Shown: positions 12,929 to 22,300 of the stretch, piece by piece | How the letters are laid out: each line of letters begins with the position of its first letter | Position numbering within the stretch: position 1 is the first letter of the stretch | Source: Candidatus Latescibacterota bacterium | Lineage (GTDB): Bacteria > Latescibacterota > UBA2968 > UBA8231 | Length of the DNA: 64,000 nucleotides | Direction: 5' to 3' | NCBI GenBank assembly: GCA_965205655.1 | Contig: CBDBIJ010000015.1 | Coordinates: forward strand, 32,001 to 96,000 | Translations under genes and position numbers: made by a program | Notes under the pieces: generated by a model | What the model saw: only the letters and a program-made list of their open reading frames with translations | Databases searched by the model: none | Told to the model about the DNA's origin: nothing

Positions 12929-14565
12929 CCTGAATAATTCATAAATTCGCTCAGTTTGATCGGGATTCGGTAAATGATGAAGCACTGAGGCGTTTCTCGC
13001 TCAAGTGTGATTTTCGGGTCCGTGTTTCTTGGTCGTAGGTCGATGTGTCAGGCGGTGTTGCATTTCCTCCGGACAGACTGATCCCTTGGTCGTGCTGATG
13101 ATCTATTTTTTGGTGCGTCGTCATCGTGCGCATTACGCGGTGTCGAGGTTGTAGACGATCAACCTCATCAAGTCCTTGAGCGGATATGACGTCGGAAAGT
13201 GAAAGCGCACCGTGGTGGTTTGCTCCCGTACTCTGGCGCCGATTTTGAGGACGCGGAGTTGGATCGTGTCGAAGTTGGACGTCGTCCATTGGGTGCCTCG
13301 CATGCCGATATGTTTGATCGCGTGCACAAGCACATAGGCGGCGCTGTGCAGGAAGAGGCGGAATTGGTTTGCCGGGAATCGATGGCAGGAGGTCCGGTCG
13401 GAGTTCAGGAAGGTCTTGTGATTCTTGATGAACCCTTCCGATCGTCCGCGAGCACAGTAGACCTTCTCATACAGAAACCTGGGCGTTCGGTTCCGAATGT
13501 TCGTGACCACAAAACGCGGGTTGGCCTTTCCTTGCGTAATCTCGGCCTTGTAGATGATCTGGCGCGGACGGCTCCAGCTATCGGCCTGATAATCGAAGTG
13601 TGTAAAGAGCCGCACCGGCTTTTCGGTCTGCTCCGCCAGGGCGGCTGCCTGCTCCATCAGCGGTGCGCCGAGCGCTTTGAGCTTCCGGTTGACCGCTTGT
13701 CCGAGAATGAACGCTAGGCCGTATTCGTCGCACAGGTCGTGCACCTCCGGGGTGCTAAAGTGCGCGTCACCACGCAAGGTGATCTGCACCTGCGGCCAGG
13801 CCATGAGGATATGATCCAGAACGCGTCTGAGAATCGCCGCGGCCTCGCGGCCACGGATTCTACGACCGGGTCGCAGAATGGTGGTGATCAACTTGCCTGT
13901 CTCTGCTTCGTAGAGATGGACGGGCAGGTAGCAGTACTCGTCATAGTAAGCGTGAAACAACGACAGTTGCTGTGAACCGTGCGTGGCATCATCCGTGTCA
14001 TCAATGTCCAGGATGATCTTCTTCGGCGGCTTGTCGTAGGACTCGATGAATGTTTCCAGTAACGCGAGCCCGATTCGGTAGAGGTCCGTGCGGCTGATAC
14101 TGTTCTCGAAACGAGACATGGTCGGTTGACTGGCCAGATCGGCTCCCGTCAGGGGGAGTCGATCGCATGCTGCCTTCAGAGCCGGATCTGAACGCAGGTC
14201 GTTGCTGTCATTGGCGTCCTCGTACCCGCAGGCGATCTGGAAGACGCGCTGCTTGATGAGGTCGGTATAGGTATGGTCGATATAGCTTTGATGTCGGCGA
14301 TCACACAACGCCCTTACGATTCGGTCTACGATCCCTATCTTGGATTCCGCCTGCCGCAGGAGCAGGGCGCCCCCATCGCTGGTCGTCGTGCCGCCGTCAA
14401 AATCGGCTTCGATCTTCCTGCCCGAGATGCTTGCAAAGGATAACGTGATCTGCGACCTTTCCATCGCGGTGTCCTCTCAAATGGTTGTTGTTTGTGTCCA
14501 ACCCTAACTTAGGGCAAAACAACCAGTTGTACAAGAGGTCACCGCATTTTTATGAATAATTCAGG
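12929..14565 (-). mobile_element. IS1380-family insertion sequence
   Basis: IRs CCTGAATAATTCATAAA / CCTGAATTATTCATAAA (16/17). CTAG target duplication at 12925-12928 and 14566-14569. Confidence 0.93.
13133..14464 (-). CDS. IS1380-family transposase
   Basis: FDGGTTTSDGGALLL, GYEDANDSNDLRSDP, LASQPTMSRFEN, LDIDDTDD.THG.QQ, RGDAHF and YCARGRSEGFIK motifs. Confidence 0.95.
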   Translation of the reverse strand: MERSQITLSFASISGRKIEADFDGGTTTSDGGALLLRQAESKIGIVDRIVRALCDRRHQSYIDHTYTDLIKQRVFQIACGYEDANDSNDLRSDPALKAACDRLPLTGADLASQPTMSRFENSISRTDLYRIGLALLETFIESYDKPPKKIILDIDDTDDATHGSQQLSLFHAYYDEYCYLPVHLYEAETGKLITTILRPGRRIRGREAAAILRRVLDHILMAWPQVQITLRGDAHFSTPEVHDLCDEYGLAFILGQAVNRKLKALGAPLMEQAAALAEQTEKPVRLFTHFDYQADSWSRPRQIIYKAEITQGKANPRFVVTNIRNRTPRFLYEKVYCARGRSEGFIKNHKTFLNSDRTSCHRFPANQFRLFLHSAAYVLVHAIKHIGMRGTQWTTSNFDTIQLRVLKIGARVREQTTTVRFHFPTSYPLKDLMRLIVYNLDTA

Positions 14566-14597
14566 CTAGCTCCCCGCCCCTCGCCGTTTGCCACTGT

Positions 14598-14879
14598 TCA
14601 GCTGCGGCTCTTGAACATGCTGAGCATGCGATGAGTGACGAGGAATCCGCCCACCACGTTGATCGTCGCCAGGACGACGGCGCCGAGCCCGAGCCAGGTG
14701 GCCAACTCGGTCTGGTCAGATCCTGCCGAGATTACGGCGCCGATGAGGGTGATTCCGGAAATGGCGTTCGAGCCGGACATCAAAGGGGTGTGCAGGGTAG
14801 GCGGGATCTTCGTGATCACCTCGAAGCCGACGAAAACGGCTAGGACGAAAACTGTCAGAGCCACTACGAGGCCGTCCAC
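14598..14879 (-). CDS. pntAB: NAD(P) transhydrogenase subunit alpha part 2
   Basis: KIPPTLHTPLMSGSNAISG and INVVGGFLVTHRMLSMF; 93 aa; GTG start. Confidence 0.96.
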   Translation of the reverse strand: MDGLVVALTVFVLAVFVGFEVITKIPPTLHTPLMSGSNAISGITLIGAVISAGSDQTELATWLGLGAVVLATINVVGGFLVTHRMLSMFKSRS

Positions 14880-14882
14880 GAC

Positions 14883-16082
14883 TCAGACATTCTCCTTTTG
14901 CAACTCGAGGCCCGATCCCGGTCCATCCTCTGCGCCGCCTCTCATCGCCTCGAGAACGCGGGGGTGGATCATACGCCCTCCTGCGGCCACCAGGGTTTCC
15001 CTGGTAATCTCGTCCTCGACATCGAGCCGCAATTCACCGTCGCCGGCGAGGTGAAGCAGGAAGGCGGTGACGTTGTGTGCGTACATCTGAGAGGCGTGAA
15101 AGGGCACCGTCGATGGCAGGTTGAGCGGGGCGATGATGTGGACTGAGTCGACCTGACACGTCTGTCCGGGCGTCGTCAGTGCGCAGTTCCCACCGCGTTC
15201 GGCTGCCAGGTCCACGATGACGGACCCCGGCTTCATCTGCCGTACCGCCTCGGCGGCAATCAGGATCGGCGCCGGCCTGCCGGGGATCGCTGCGGTGGTG
15301 ATGACGACATCGCATTCGGCTACCACCTCACCGAGTGCCCGCTGCTGGCGAGAGTAGAACTCCGCATCCTGCGCGACGGCATAGCCTCCCGCATCTTCGG
15401 CATCGGCTGCTTCCAGACTCAGTTCAACGAACTGAGCGCCGAGGCTCTCTACCTGCTCCCTGACCACCGGTCGGACATCGTAAGCGAGCACGACCCCTCC
15501 GAGCCGCTTTGCCGTGGCGATAGCCTGCAGTCCGGCCACTCCGGCGCCGATGACGAGGACCCTGGCGGGGGTCACTGTGCCGGCGGCCGTCATCATCAGT
15601 GGGAACATTCTCGGAGACTGAGCTGCTGCCAGAATCACCGACTTGTAGCCGGCGATCGTGGCCATCGATGAGAGTGCGTCCATGCTCTGTGCCCGCGCGA
15701 GGCGGGGCATGAGCTCGAGCGCCAGCAGCGATGCGCCGGTCGCCGCCACGTCGGCGAGCCGCGGGCTCCCGTCGAGGGGCTCGGCAAAGCCGATGATCAC
15801 CTGCTCGTTTCTGATCAGGCCCAGATCCGACTCGCCGCCCGGATCGGCGGATGGGGTCCGAACCTGGAGGATGGTGTTGGCGCGCTCGTAGATCTCCTCC
15901 CTCGTGGAGGCGATCTCGGCACCTCGGCGGCGAAACTCGGCGTCTGTGTACCCCGCGACTGCGCCGGCGCCGGTCTGGATGACTATCTCGATGCCGCGGT
16001 CGATGAGGGCGGCGGCGCTCTCAGGAGTGAGGGCGACCCGCTGCTCTCCTACAGCTCGTTCCTCGGGCACACCGGTAATCAT
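14883..16082 (-). CDS. pntAA: NAD(P) transhydrogenase subunit alpha part 1
   Basis: EQRVALTP, RAQSMDALSSMATIAGY, GAGVAGLQAIATAKRLG and VDLAAERGGNC motifs. Confidence 0.96.
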   Translation of the reverse strand: MITGVPEERAVGEQRVALTPESAAALIDRGIEIVIQTGAGAVAGYTDAEFRRRGAEIASTREEIYERANTILQVRTPSADPGGESDLGLIRNEQVIIGFAEPLDGSPRLADVAATGASLLALELMPRLARAQSMDALSSMATIAGYKSVILAAAQSPRMFPLMMTAAGTVTPARVLVIGAGVAGLQAIATAKRLGGVVLAYDVRPVVREQVESLGAQFVELSLEAADAEDAGGYAVAQDAEFYSRQQRALGEVVAECDVVITTAAIPGRPAPILIAAEAVRQMKPGSVIVDLAAERGGNCALTTPGQTCQVDSVHIIAPLNLPSTVPFHASQMYAHNVTAFLLHLAGDGELRLDVEDEITRETLVAAGGRMIHPRVLEAMRGGAEDGPGSGLELQKENV

Positions 16083-16139
16083 GGCATGTCAAATCTGTTG
16101 TGTTGTGACTGGGGACGGGGTCGGCGCGTGGGCGACAAT

Positions 16140-16439
16140 TCAGCGATGATCGACCGTCTTGTCCTGGTATTTCTTCAGCTGCCGCTCCACGTGCTCGCAC
16201 GCTTCGTCGATCGAGCGGAACAGGTTGTCGTCGGGCGACTTCGCCGTGCCCACGAGTGTTTGATTCGGGACTTTGACGATGACCTCAACTGTTGTTCCGT
16301 GTTTCTTGAGCCGTTCGAGGACGACTTCGCAATCGATAATGCGGTCGCAAAACTGGTCGAACTTGGCGCACGCCTTGTCGATGTGCTCCTTCGTGGTATC
16401 CGAGATCTTCGTTTTCCTCACCGTGATTCTGATCGCCAT
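16140..16439 (-). CDS. hpf: Ribosome hibernation promoting factor (short HPF/RaiA)
   Basis: 99 aa with the HPF pattern I.IT.R...IS......I...KF.......DNLFRSIDEACEHVERQLKKY. Confidence 0.85.
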   Translation of the reverse strand: MAIRITVRKTKISDTTKEHIDKACAKFDQFCDRIIDCEVVLERLKKHGTTVEVIVKVPNQTLVGTAKSPDDNLFRSIDEACEHVERQLKKYQDKTVDHR

Positions 16440-16493
16440 CCATAACCTCTGCTGTGACCTGGAGAAAACCGAAAGGTCGAGCGGGGTAGAGCG

Positions 16494-17783
16494 TCATCCG
16501 CGCTCTGCCATAGGCGTATACGGCTGCTCCGTCGGTCCCGTGTACACCTGTCGAGGCCGATGGATGCGACCGCGCGTTATGAAGCGATCCTCATACCACT
16601 GGGCGATCCAGCCCGGCATGCGCCCGATGGCGAAAATGACGGTGTACATCGAAGAGGGGATTCCGAGCGCGCGCAGAATGACGCCGCTGTAGAAGTCGAC
16701 ATTCGGGTAGAGCTTGCGTTCGATAAAGTAGTCATCCTCAAGGGCGGCCTGCTCCAGCTCGCCCGCCACTGCCAGAGTGGGGTCGTCGACGTTCAGCCTG
16801 GCGAGCACGGTCTCGCACTGCTCTTTTATGATCGTTGCCCGTGGATCGAAGTTCTTGTAAACCCGGTGACCGAATCCCATCAGTCGGATTCCACTCTTTT
16901 TGTCCTTCACCTGCTGAACGTAATCCTTCACCGCGATCTTCGACTCGAGGATCTGCTCCAGCATCTCCACCACCGCGACGTTGGCCCCGCCGTGAAGGGG
17001 CCCCCACAGCGCGTTCACCCCCGCCGCCACGGATGCGAACAGGTTGGCGCCGCTGCTGCCGACCATCCGCACCGTCGAGGTGCTGCAGTTCTGCTCGTGG
17101 TCGGCGTGGAGCAGAAGCAATACGTCGAGAGCCCTGACGAGCTCGGGGTCGGCGTCGAAGTCCTTGTACGGGTGCGAGAACATCATGTGCAGGAAGTTTT
17201 CACTGAAATTCTTGTCAGGATGGGGGTACGGCAGGTAATGTCCGAGATCGTGTTTGTAGGAGTAGGCGGCAATGGTTCTCACCTTCGACATGATACGCGC
17301 CGCCGTCTCCTCGAAGACATCCACGTCCTCGACGTCCAGCAGTTCCGGATAGAAGCAGGCCATCGAATTGAGCACCGCAGACAGCACCGCCATGGGCGGA
17401 GAGCCCGACGGGTAAAAGTCGAAATGACGCCGCAGTTGCTCGCGCAACATCTCATGTTTCGTGAGCAACGCGCTGAAAGTGTCCAGCTGCTCTCGCGTTG
17501 GAAGGTGTCCCCAGATGAGCAGGTAGGCCGTCTCTATGAAGCTGCTCTTTTCAGCGAGCACTTCGATCGGAATGCCGCGGTAGCGGAGGATCCCCTTCTC
17601 GCCGTCGATGAATGTGATGGCGCTGCGGCACGAACCCGTGTTACCGTACCCCTCGTCCAGGGTGATGTAGCCGCTTTGAGATCGCAGCGCACTGATGTCG
17701 ATGGCGTGCTCGTCCTCGCTGCCTGCGATAACGGGGAGTTCCACGACGTTGCCGTCCAGCTCTATACGGGCAGTGTCAGCCAT
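16494..17783 (-). CDS. gltA: Citrate synthase (type II-like)
   Basis: LHADHEQNCSTSTVR, WGPLHGGAN, LMGFGHRVYKNFDPRA and YPNVDFYSG motifs. Confidence 0.98.
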   Translation of the reverse strand: MADTARIELDGNVVELPVIAGSEDEHAIDISALRSQSGYITLDEGYGNTGSCRSAITFIDGEKGILRYRGIPIEVLAEKSSFIETAYLLIWGHLPTREQLDTFSALLTKHEMLREQLRRHFDFYPSGSPPMAVLSAVLNSMACFYPELLDVEDVDVFEETAARIMSKVRTIAAYSYKHDLGHYLPYPHPDKNFSENFLHMMFSHPYKDFDADPELVRALDVLLLLHADHEQNCSTSTVRMVGSSGANLFASVAAGVNALWGPLHGGANVAVVEMLEQILESKIAVKDYVQQVKDKKSGIRLMGFGHRVYKNFDPRATIIKEQCETVLARLNVDDPTLAVAGELEQAALEDDYFIERKLYPNVDFYSGVILRALGIPSSMYTVIFAIGRMPGWIAQWYEDRFITRGRIHRPRQVYTGPTEQPYTPMAERG

Positions 17784-17842
17784 TTCTGCCTGTCTCCTCG
17801 GTGTCAGTGGAGCTACGGATGGAATAAACCACAGAATCTATG

Positions 17843-17870
17843 ATACTAGTTCAAATAATTGTAGTGTCAA
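17843..17870 (-). promoter_or_regulatory. Putative sigma70 promoter of gltA-hpf(-pnt)
   Basis: TTGACA (17870-17865), 16-nt spacer, TAGTAT (17848-17843), in an AT-rich patch about 60 nt upstream of gltA. Confidence 0.55.
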
Positions 17871-19033
17871 TTTTGCCGGAGCACTTGATACTTCGACTGC
17901 AGCTGCTTCCACAGCAACGGCTCCAATAGCTGCGCAGACAGTTCGTGGCCCTGCAAGCTGAAGTGCCCATACCCCCTGCGATACACTTCCACGCCTGCAT
18001 TGATCCGTTGCGCAAACAGGTCGCGAGGGTAGACGTGGGAGATCCCATGCGCCTTGAAAGCAGACAGGGCGGAGCGCTCGGTCAACGGTTGCGGGTCTGG
18101 CGTGCGCATGGGTGAGTTGCCTTCGGCCTCCGGTGACACCGAAGTCCTGACCTCGTGGACCCTGAATGGGTCCGGTATGGCGTAGACGGCGAGAGGAATG
18201 TTTCGCTGACGGAGAAACCGGGCGATCTCGGCCAACTGGTGCTCGGCGAGGGCTGCCATTTCCTCGGCGTCCACAGGACTGTGGCCGGCTTCCACGTTCG
18301 GCGTGCTCAGCATTCCCATCGCCCGCGCCAAGCTCTTCATCTGAGGATTGGCCTTGACCACGTGGAGCCAAAACAGGCGCATGATGGTTGAGCGCGCCAG
18401 GACATTGTCGCGCAACCATGCCCTCATGTCGTACTCGGGAACAGGCGTGTGCTGCAAGCTACCGGCCGCAAAACGGAAGCGTGGTACGGCGCTGGCCGCA
18501 ACGGGCTCGAAATTGTCGTGCAGATCGTTTCCGAGAAAGAGAACGAGCACGACGCTGTCTGGATTCCAATCGAGCAGGCGCTGACGCACATAAAGGTAGT
18601 GCACACCGAGTCCATATCCGTGCACGCCTTGGTTGAGCGCCTCGACGCGAACGCCGAACTGCTGCGACCGCCTGTTGAGACCCGCCGCGAGCTTCTGACT
18701 GAAATTATCCGCGACTTCGACCTGATACGCTTCCAGGAAGGAGTCGCCAAGAAAAATGAGACGATGCACACCGGATTCCACCGCCATGTCCCGCTCGAGA
18801 TCGTGGAATCCGTGCGCATTCGTGTGCACGATCCTCGTGGCCCCGTCCATCTCGCGTTTCCACGAGGTCGTCAGATGAGCGCGACCCTTGAATCCGAGGA
18901 GCGGATCGTATGTGAGCGTTACCTTCTCGAGGTCGAGCAGCCAGGGAAGCACGAGTTCGGCCATGATCACGACCAGCGCACAAGACCCTGCCGCCAGCGC
19001 AACCTTTGCAGCTGCGCCGCTCGACCGGCGCAT
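17867..19033 (-). CDS. Membrane-anchored SGNH/GDSL-family hydrolase or O-acetyltransferase-like protein
   Basis: Probable start MRRSSGAAAKVALAAG with an N-terminal TM. TNAHGFHD, LGDSF, NQGVHGYG, FLGNDL and a C-terminal GHFSLQGH. Confidence 0.8.
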   Translation of the reverse strand: MRRSSGAAAKVALAAGSCALVVIMAELVLPWLLDLEKVTLTYDPLLGFKGRAHLTTSWKREMDGATRIVHTNAHGFHDLERDMAVESGVHRLIFLGDSFLEAYQVEVADNFSQKLAAGLNRRSQQFGVRVEALNQGVHGYGLGVHYLYVRQRLLDWNPDSVVLVLFLGNDLHDNFEPVAASAVPRFRFAAGSLQHTPVPEYDMRAWLRDNVLARSTIMRLFWLHVVKANPQMKSLARAMGMLSTPNVEAGHSPVDAEEMAALAEHQLAEIARFLRQRNIPLAVYAIPDPFRVHEVRTSVSPEAEGNSPMRTPDPQPLTERSALSAFKAHGISHVYPRDLFAQRINAGVEVYRRGYGHFSLQGHELSAQLLEPLLWKQLQSKYQVLRQN

Positions 19034-19290
19034 CAGTCTGTCATATCCCGGGCGCAGCGAAACCCGATGGTGTAGTCGCACCGCTGCGTCAGGCCGTAGG
19101 CGAACCAGTAGGAACCATCCGCTCCGGTCGTCGTCGCATGGGTGATCTGCGACGACTCCTGTGCAAACTGCACCCGGGCGTTTGCGACCGGTCGACCATC
19201 CATGGCCAGCCTGACCGTTCCCTCCACGACGAGGGCGCTGACTTGAGACGTCAACATTACGAGTCCGATAAGAGCGGCTTTCGTAGACAC
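19033..19290 (-). pseudogene. Short secreted ORF, probably an internally deleted gene (carboxypeptidase-regulatory-like start joined to an FGE-sulfatase-like end)
   Basis: Signal peptide plus VVEGTVR...GRPVANARVQF...TTTGADGSY, ending abruptly in DYTIGFRCARD. Confidence 0.45.
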
Positions 19291-19348
19291 TTTGGCGCGA
19301 TCTTCGTAGGTTTGAGTTAGGCGTCCTGCGCCCTCTCGCCTTGACCTC

Positions 19349-22300
19349 ATGGCGCAGCATCTCCCGTCCCCGTTCCGCCAGCCACAACGATACGCAACCC
19401 ATCCCGCCGTACCAAAATTGATCAGCCGTCGTTTCATCAGGGCCCAGGCGCTGCTGCTGCTCTCCGCAGCGATCGCTTCTGGAGCGAGCCCGATCGCTCA
19501 CGAGACCTCGTCTGATGGACTCGTTCTCGACCTGAAGCTACCTCCCTACGAGGTCGAGACGACACTCGGCGCCAACGCGAGCTTCCACGAGATTCTCCCG
19601 CCCGCGGGCTTTGGTCGCTTGGCCGATTCCGGTCGGCCCGCGCTCCCATTTGTCGCCGCTCCTATTGCCGTTCCCGAAGGTGCCTCCATAGACGTCGAGG
19701 TACTGGACAGCCACGTAGTAGAATTGGCTGACGTCCATCTACGAGCGCTTCAGGCGCCAGATGCCGGCGAAGGGGCGAGCGCTCCCGATTACTCCTCCGG
19801 CTTCTACCCCGGAGAAGTGATTCAGGTCGAGGAGATGGGTATCCTCAGGGGAGTTCGAGCTGTCTCTGTGCGGCTGTACCCTTTCCATTACGATGCACCC
19901 GCGCGGCAACTGAAAGTGTACGAATGGCTGCGAATTGCCGTTCGGTTTCGCGGTGGATCTACAGCGAAGGCCGCCGCCGGCCGCCTCGAGGAAAGCCCCG
20001 AGGCAGCTCTCTACGCGTCGTTTTTGAACGCTTCCAGCGCTGCCGCCCTCGCCGCGCTGCAGCCGACAGCGGCGAACAAGCCGCTCGTCACCAAAGAGGG
20101 CTGGTATGACCCGTCGGCGCCGTGGTTGAAGGTCGACGTCGTCGCGGACGGCCTGTTTCGCATCGACGCCGAGTGGCTGCGGCAGCGCGAAGTCGACGTA
20201 GAGTCAATCGATCCGCGTACCTTTCGCTTGCTCGGTCGCGGTGACGAGCAACCGTTGTTCGTCGACGGCGAAGCGGACGGACGCTTTGATGAGATCGACT
20301 TTCTGCTGTTCTACGGCCGCTACCGGCGCGCCGAAAGCGAACCCGGCGTGGAGAAGGACCATGACAGCATCTACGGGAACAGGAACACCTACTGGCTGAC
20401 GTGGGGAGACCGGAGTGGGCTTCGATTCGCGGAGAAGTCAGCGGCCCCGGTCAACGGCTATCCAGAGTCTGAGTGGTACTGGACTACCGCCCATTTCGAA
20501 CGAGACGTCTGGTATCAGCAGTTCCCCGATGCGCCGGACAACGACCGGGATCACTGGTTCTGGAAACGGGACCCCATTACCGGACAAGCCGTCGACAGCC
20601 CCGGATCGGCCACGTTCCCCGACGATCTCGCCTCACCCTATCTCGAAGAAGACTACACCGCCGGGTTGAGGGTCGCTCTCCACGGCTTGACTCCCGGTCA
20701 CCACACGGTATTGAAGCTCAATGACCGTGAGGTGGAAGAGCGCGAGTGGGTAGGCCAGGACGAGATCGTATTCTCAAATGAAATCCCCTCTTCCTATCTC
20801 ATCGAGGGCACCAACCGCGTTCTCGTTCAGGCCTTTGCGAATGATTCGACAGGGGCCGACCTCTCTTATTTCAACTGGTTCGAAATCGATTATCGGCGCC
20901 GTTATGACTCCTGGAACGGATTCCTCGCCTGGACCGAGCTCGCGAGTGAGGGGGGGCGGCGCATCGCCGTGTCCAATCTCATTCACCCCGACGCCTGGCT
21001 CTTCGATGTGGACAACCACCTGCGACTGACCGGCCTGCAGATCGACAGCCTCATGGTCGACGACGACGAATTCCCGATACGCTACGTCGCGACTTTTGAA
21101 GACGAATCGGATGGGCCGTCCAACTACGTTATCGCCGATAGCGCCAACGTACACACGCCAACGGGAGCCCTTGACGTGCCTTCCACGTTGCGGACCTCGT
21201 CGCGGCGTGCCGACTACCTCATCATCTCGCATCCCCGCTTCGTCGGCGCCGCACACCGGCTCGCCGAGCATCGACGCACCTACTCGGGCCTCCAGGTGGA
21301 GACAGTGACGACTGAGGACATCTACGATGAGTTCTCCGACGGTTTGATCGAACGAGAGGCGATCGCCGATTTCATCGACTACGCCTATCACAGTTGGGAG
21401 CGGAGGCCCGTTTACGTTCTGCTGATGGGTGACGCCACCTACGATTACCGCAATATCATCGGCGGTGGCAACCCGAGTTTTGTGCCGACGCTGTACTACC
21501 ATGCCCGACAACGCGGCAACTCTCCGAGTGACTTCCTCTACACGCTCGTCGATGGCGACGACTTGCTGCCGGACCTGTCTATCGGACGACTGGCAGTGGA
21601 GTCAGATCTCGAGGCCGAGCAGGTTGTGGACAAAATCATTCGCTACGACACCTCGCCTGCGCCCGGCGACTGGCGCTCTCGCGTGATATATCTGGCGAAC
21701 TTCCACGAAAAGGGCTTGTTCGCGGCGTCGAATGACGATTTGGCTACGCGCTTTACCGAACCGTTCGGCCTTTCGTCGACGAAGATCTACAGCCCCGACG
21801 AAAGCCCGGTCCCCAACCAAACCGGCAAGCGCTTCCTCGATGCCCTCAACCACGGAGCACTCTTCGTCAACTTTGCCGGTCACGGTAGCGCCGGGAACAT
21901 GCAGTTCATCTTCGCCCTTCAATTCCCGGACTGGGACTATCTCGGGCACGTCCGCAACGAGGGCAGGCTGCCGTTTGTGCTGGCCCTGTCCTGCCTCAAC
22001 GGCATGTTCGTCAACCCCATCGTAGACGGGCTCGGCGAGGTGTTCACAGTGAAGGCGGATGGCGGCTCGATCGCCTATGTCTCCGCCAGCGCCAAGAGCT
22101 TCGTCGCCCAGAATGAGCTCCTGAGCGGGCATTTTTACGACCAGCTCTTTGTCAGCGGCAACCTGTCCTTCGGCCCGACGCTAAACACATCCAAGGTCCT
22201 CGTGCTTGCGGAGCACCCGTCTTTCGTCACCTCCGCTCGCACGATGCAACTCTTCGGCGACCCCGCCCAGAAACTGGCGCTGCCAGGGAGCCCCGATTAC

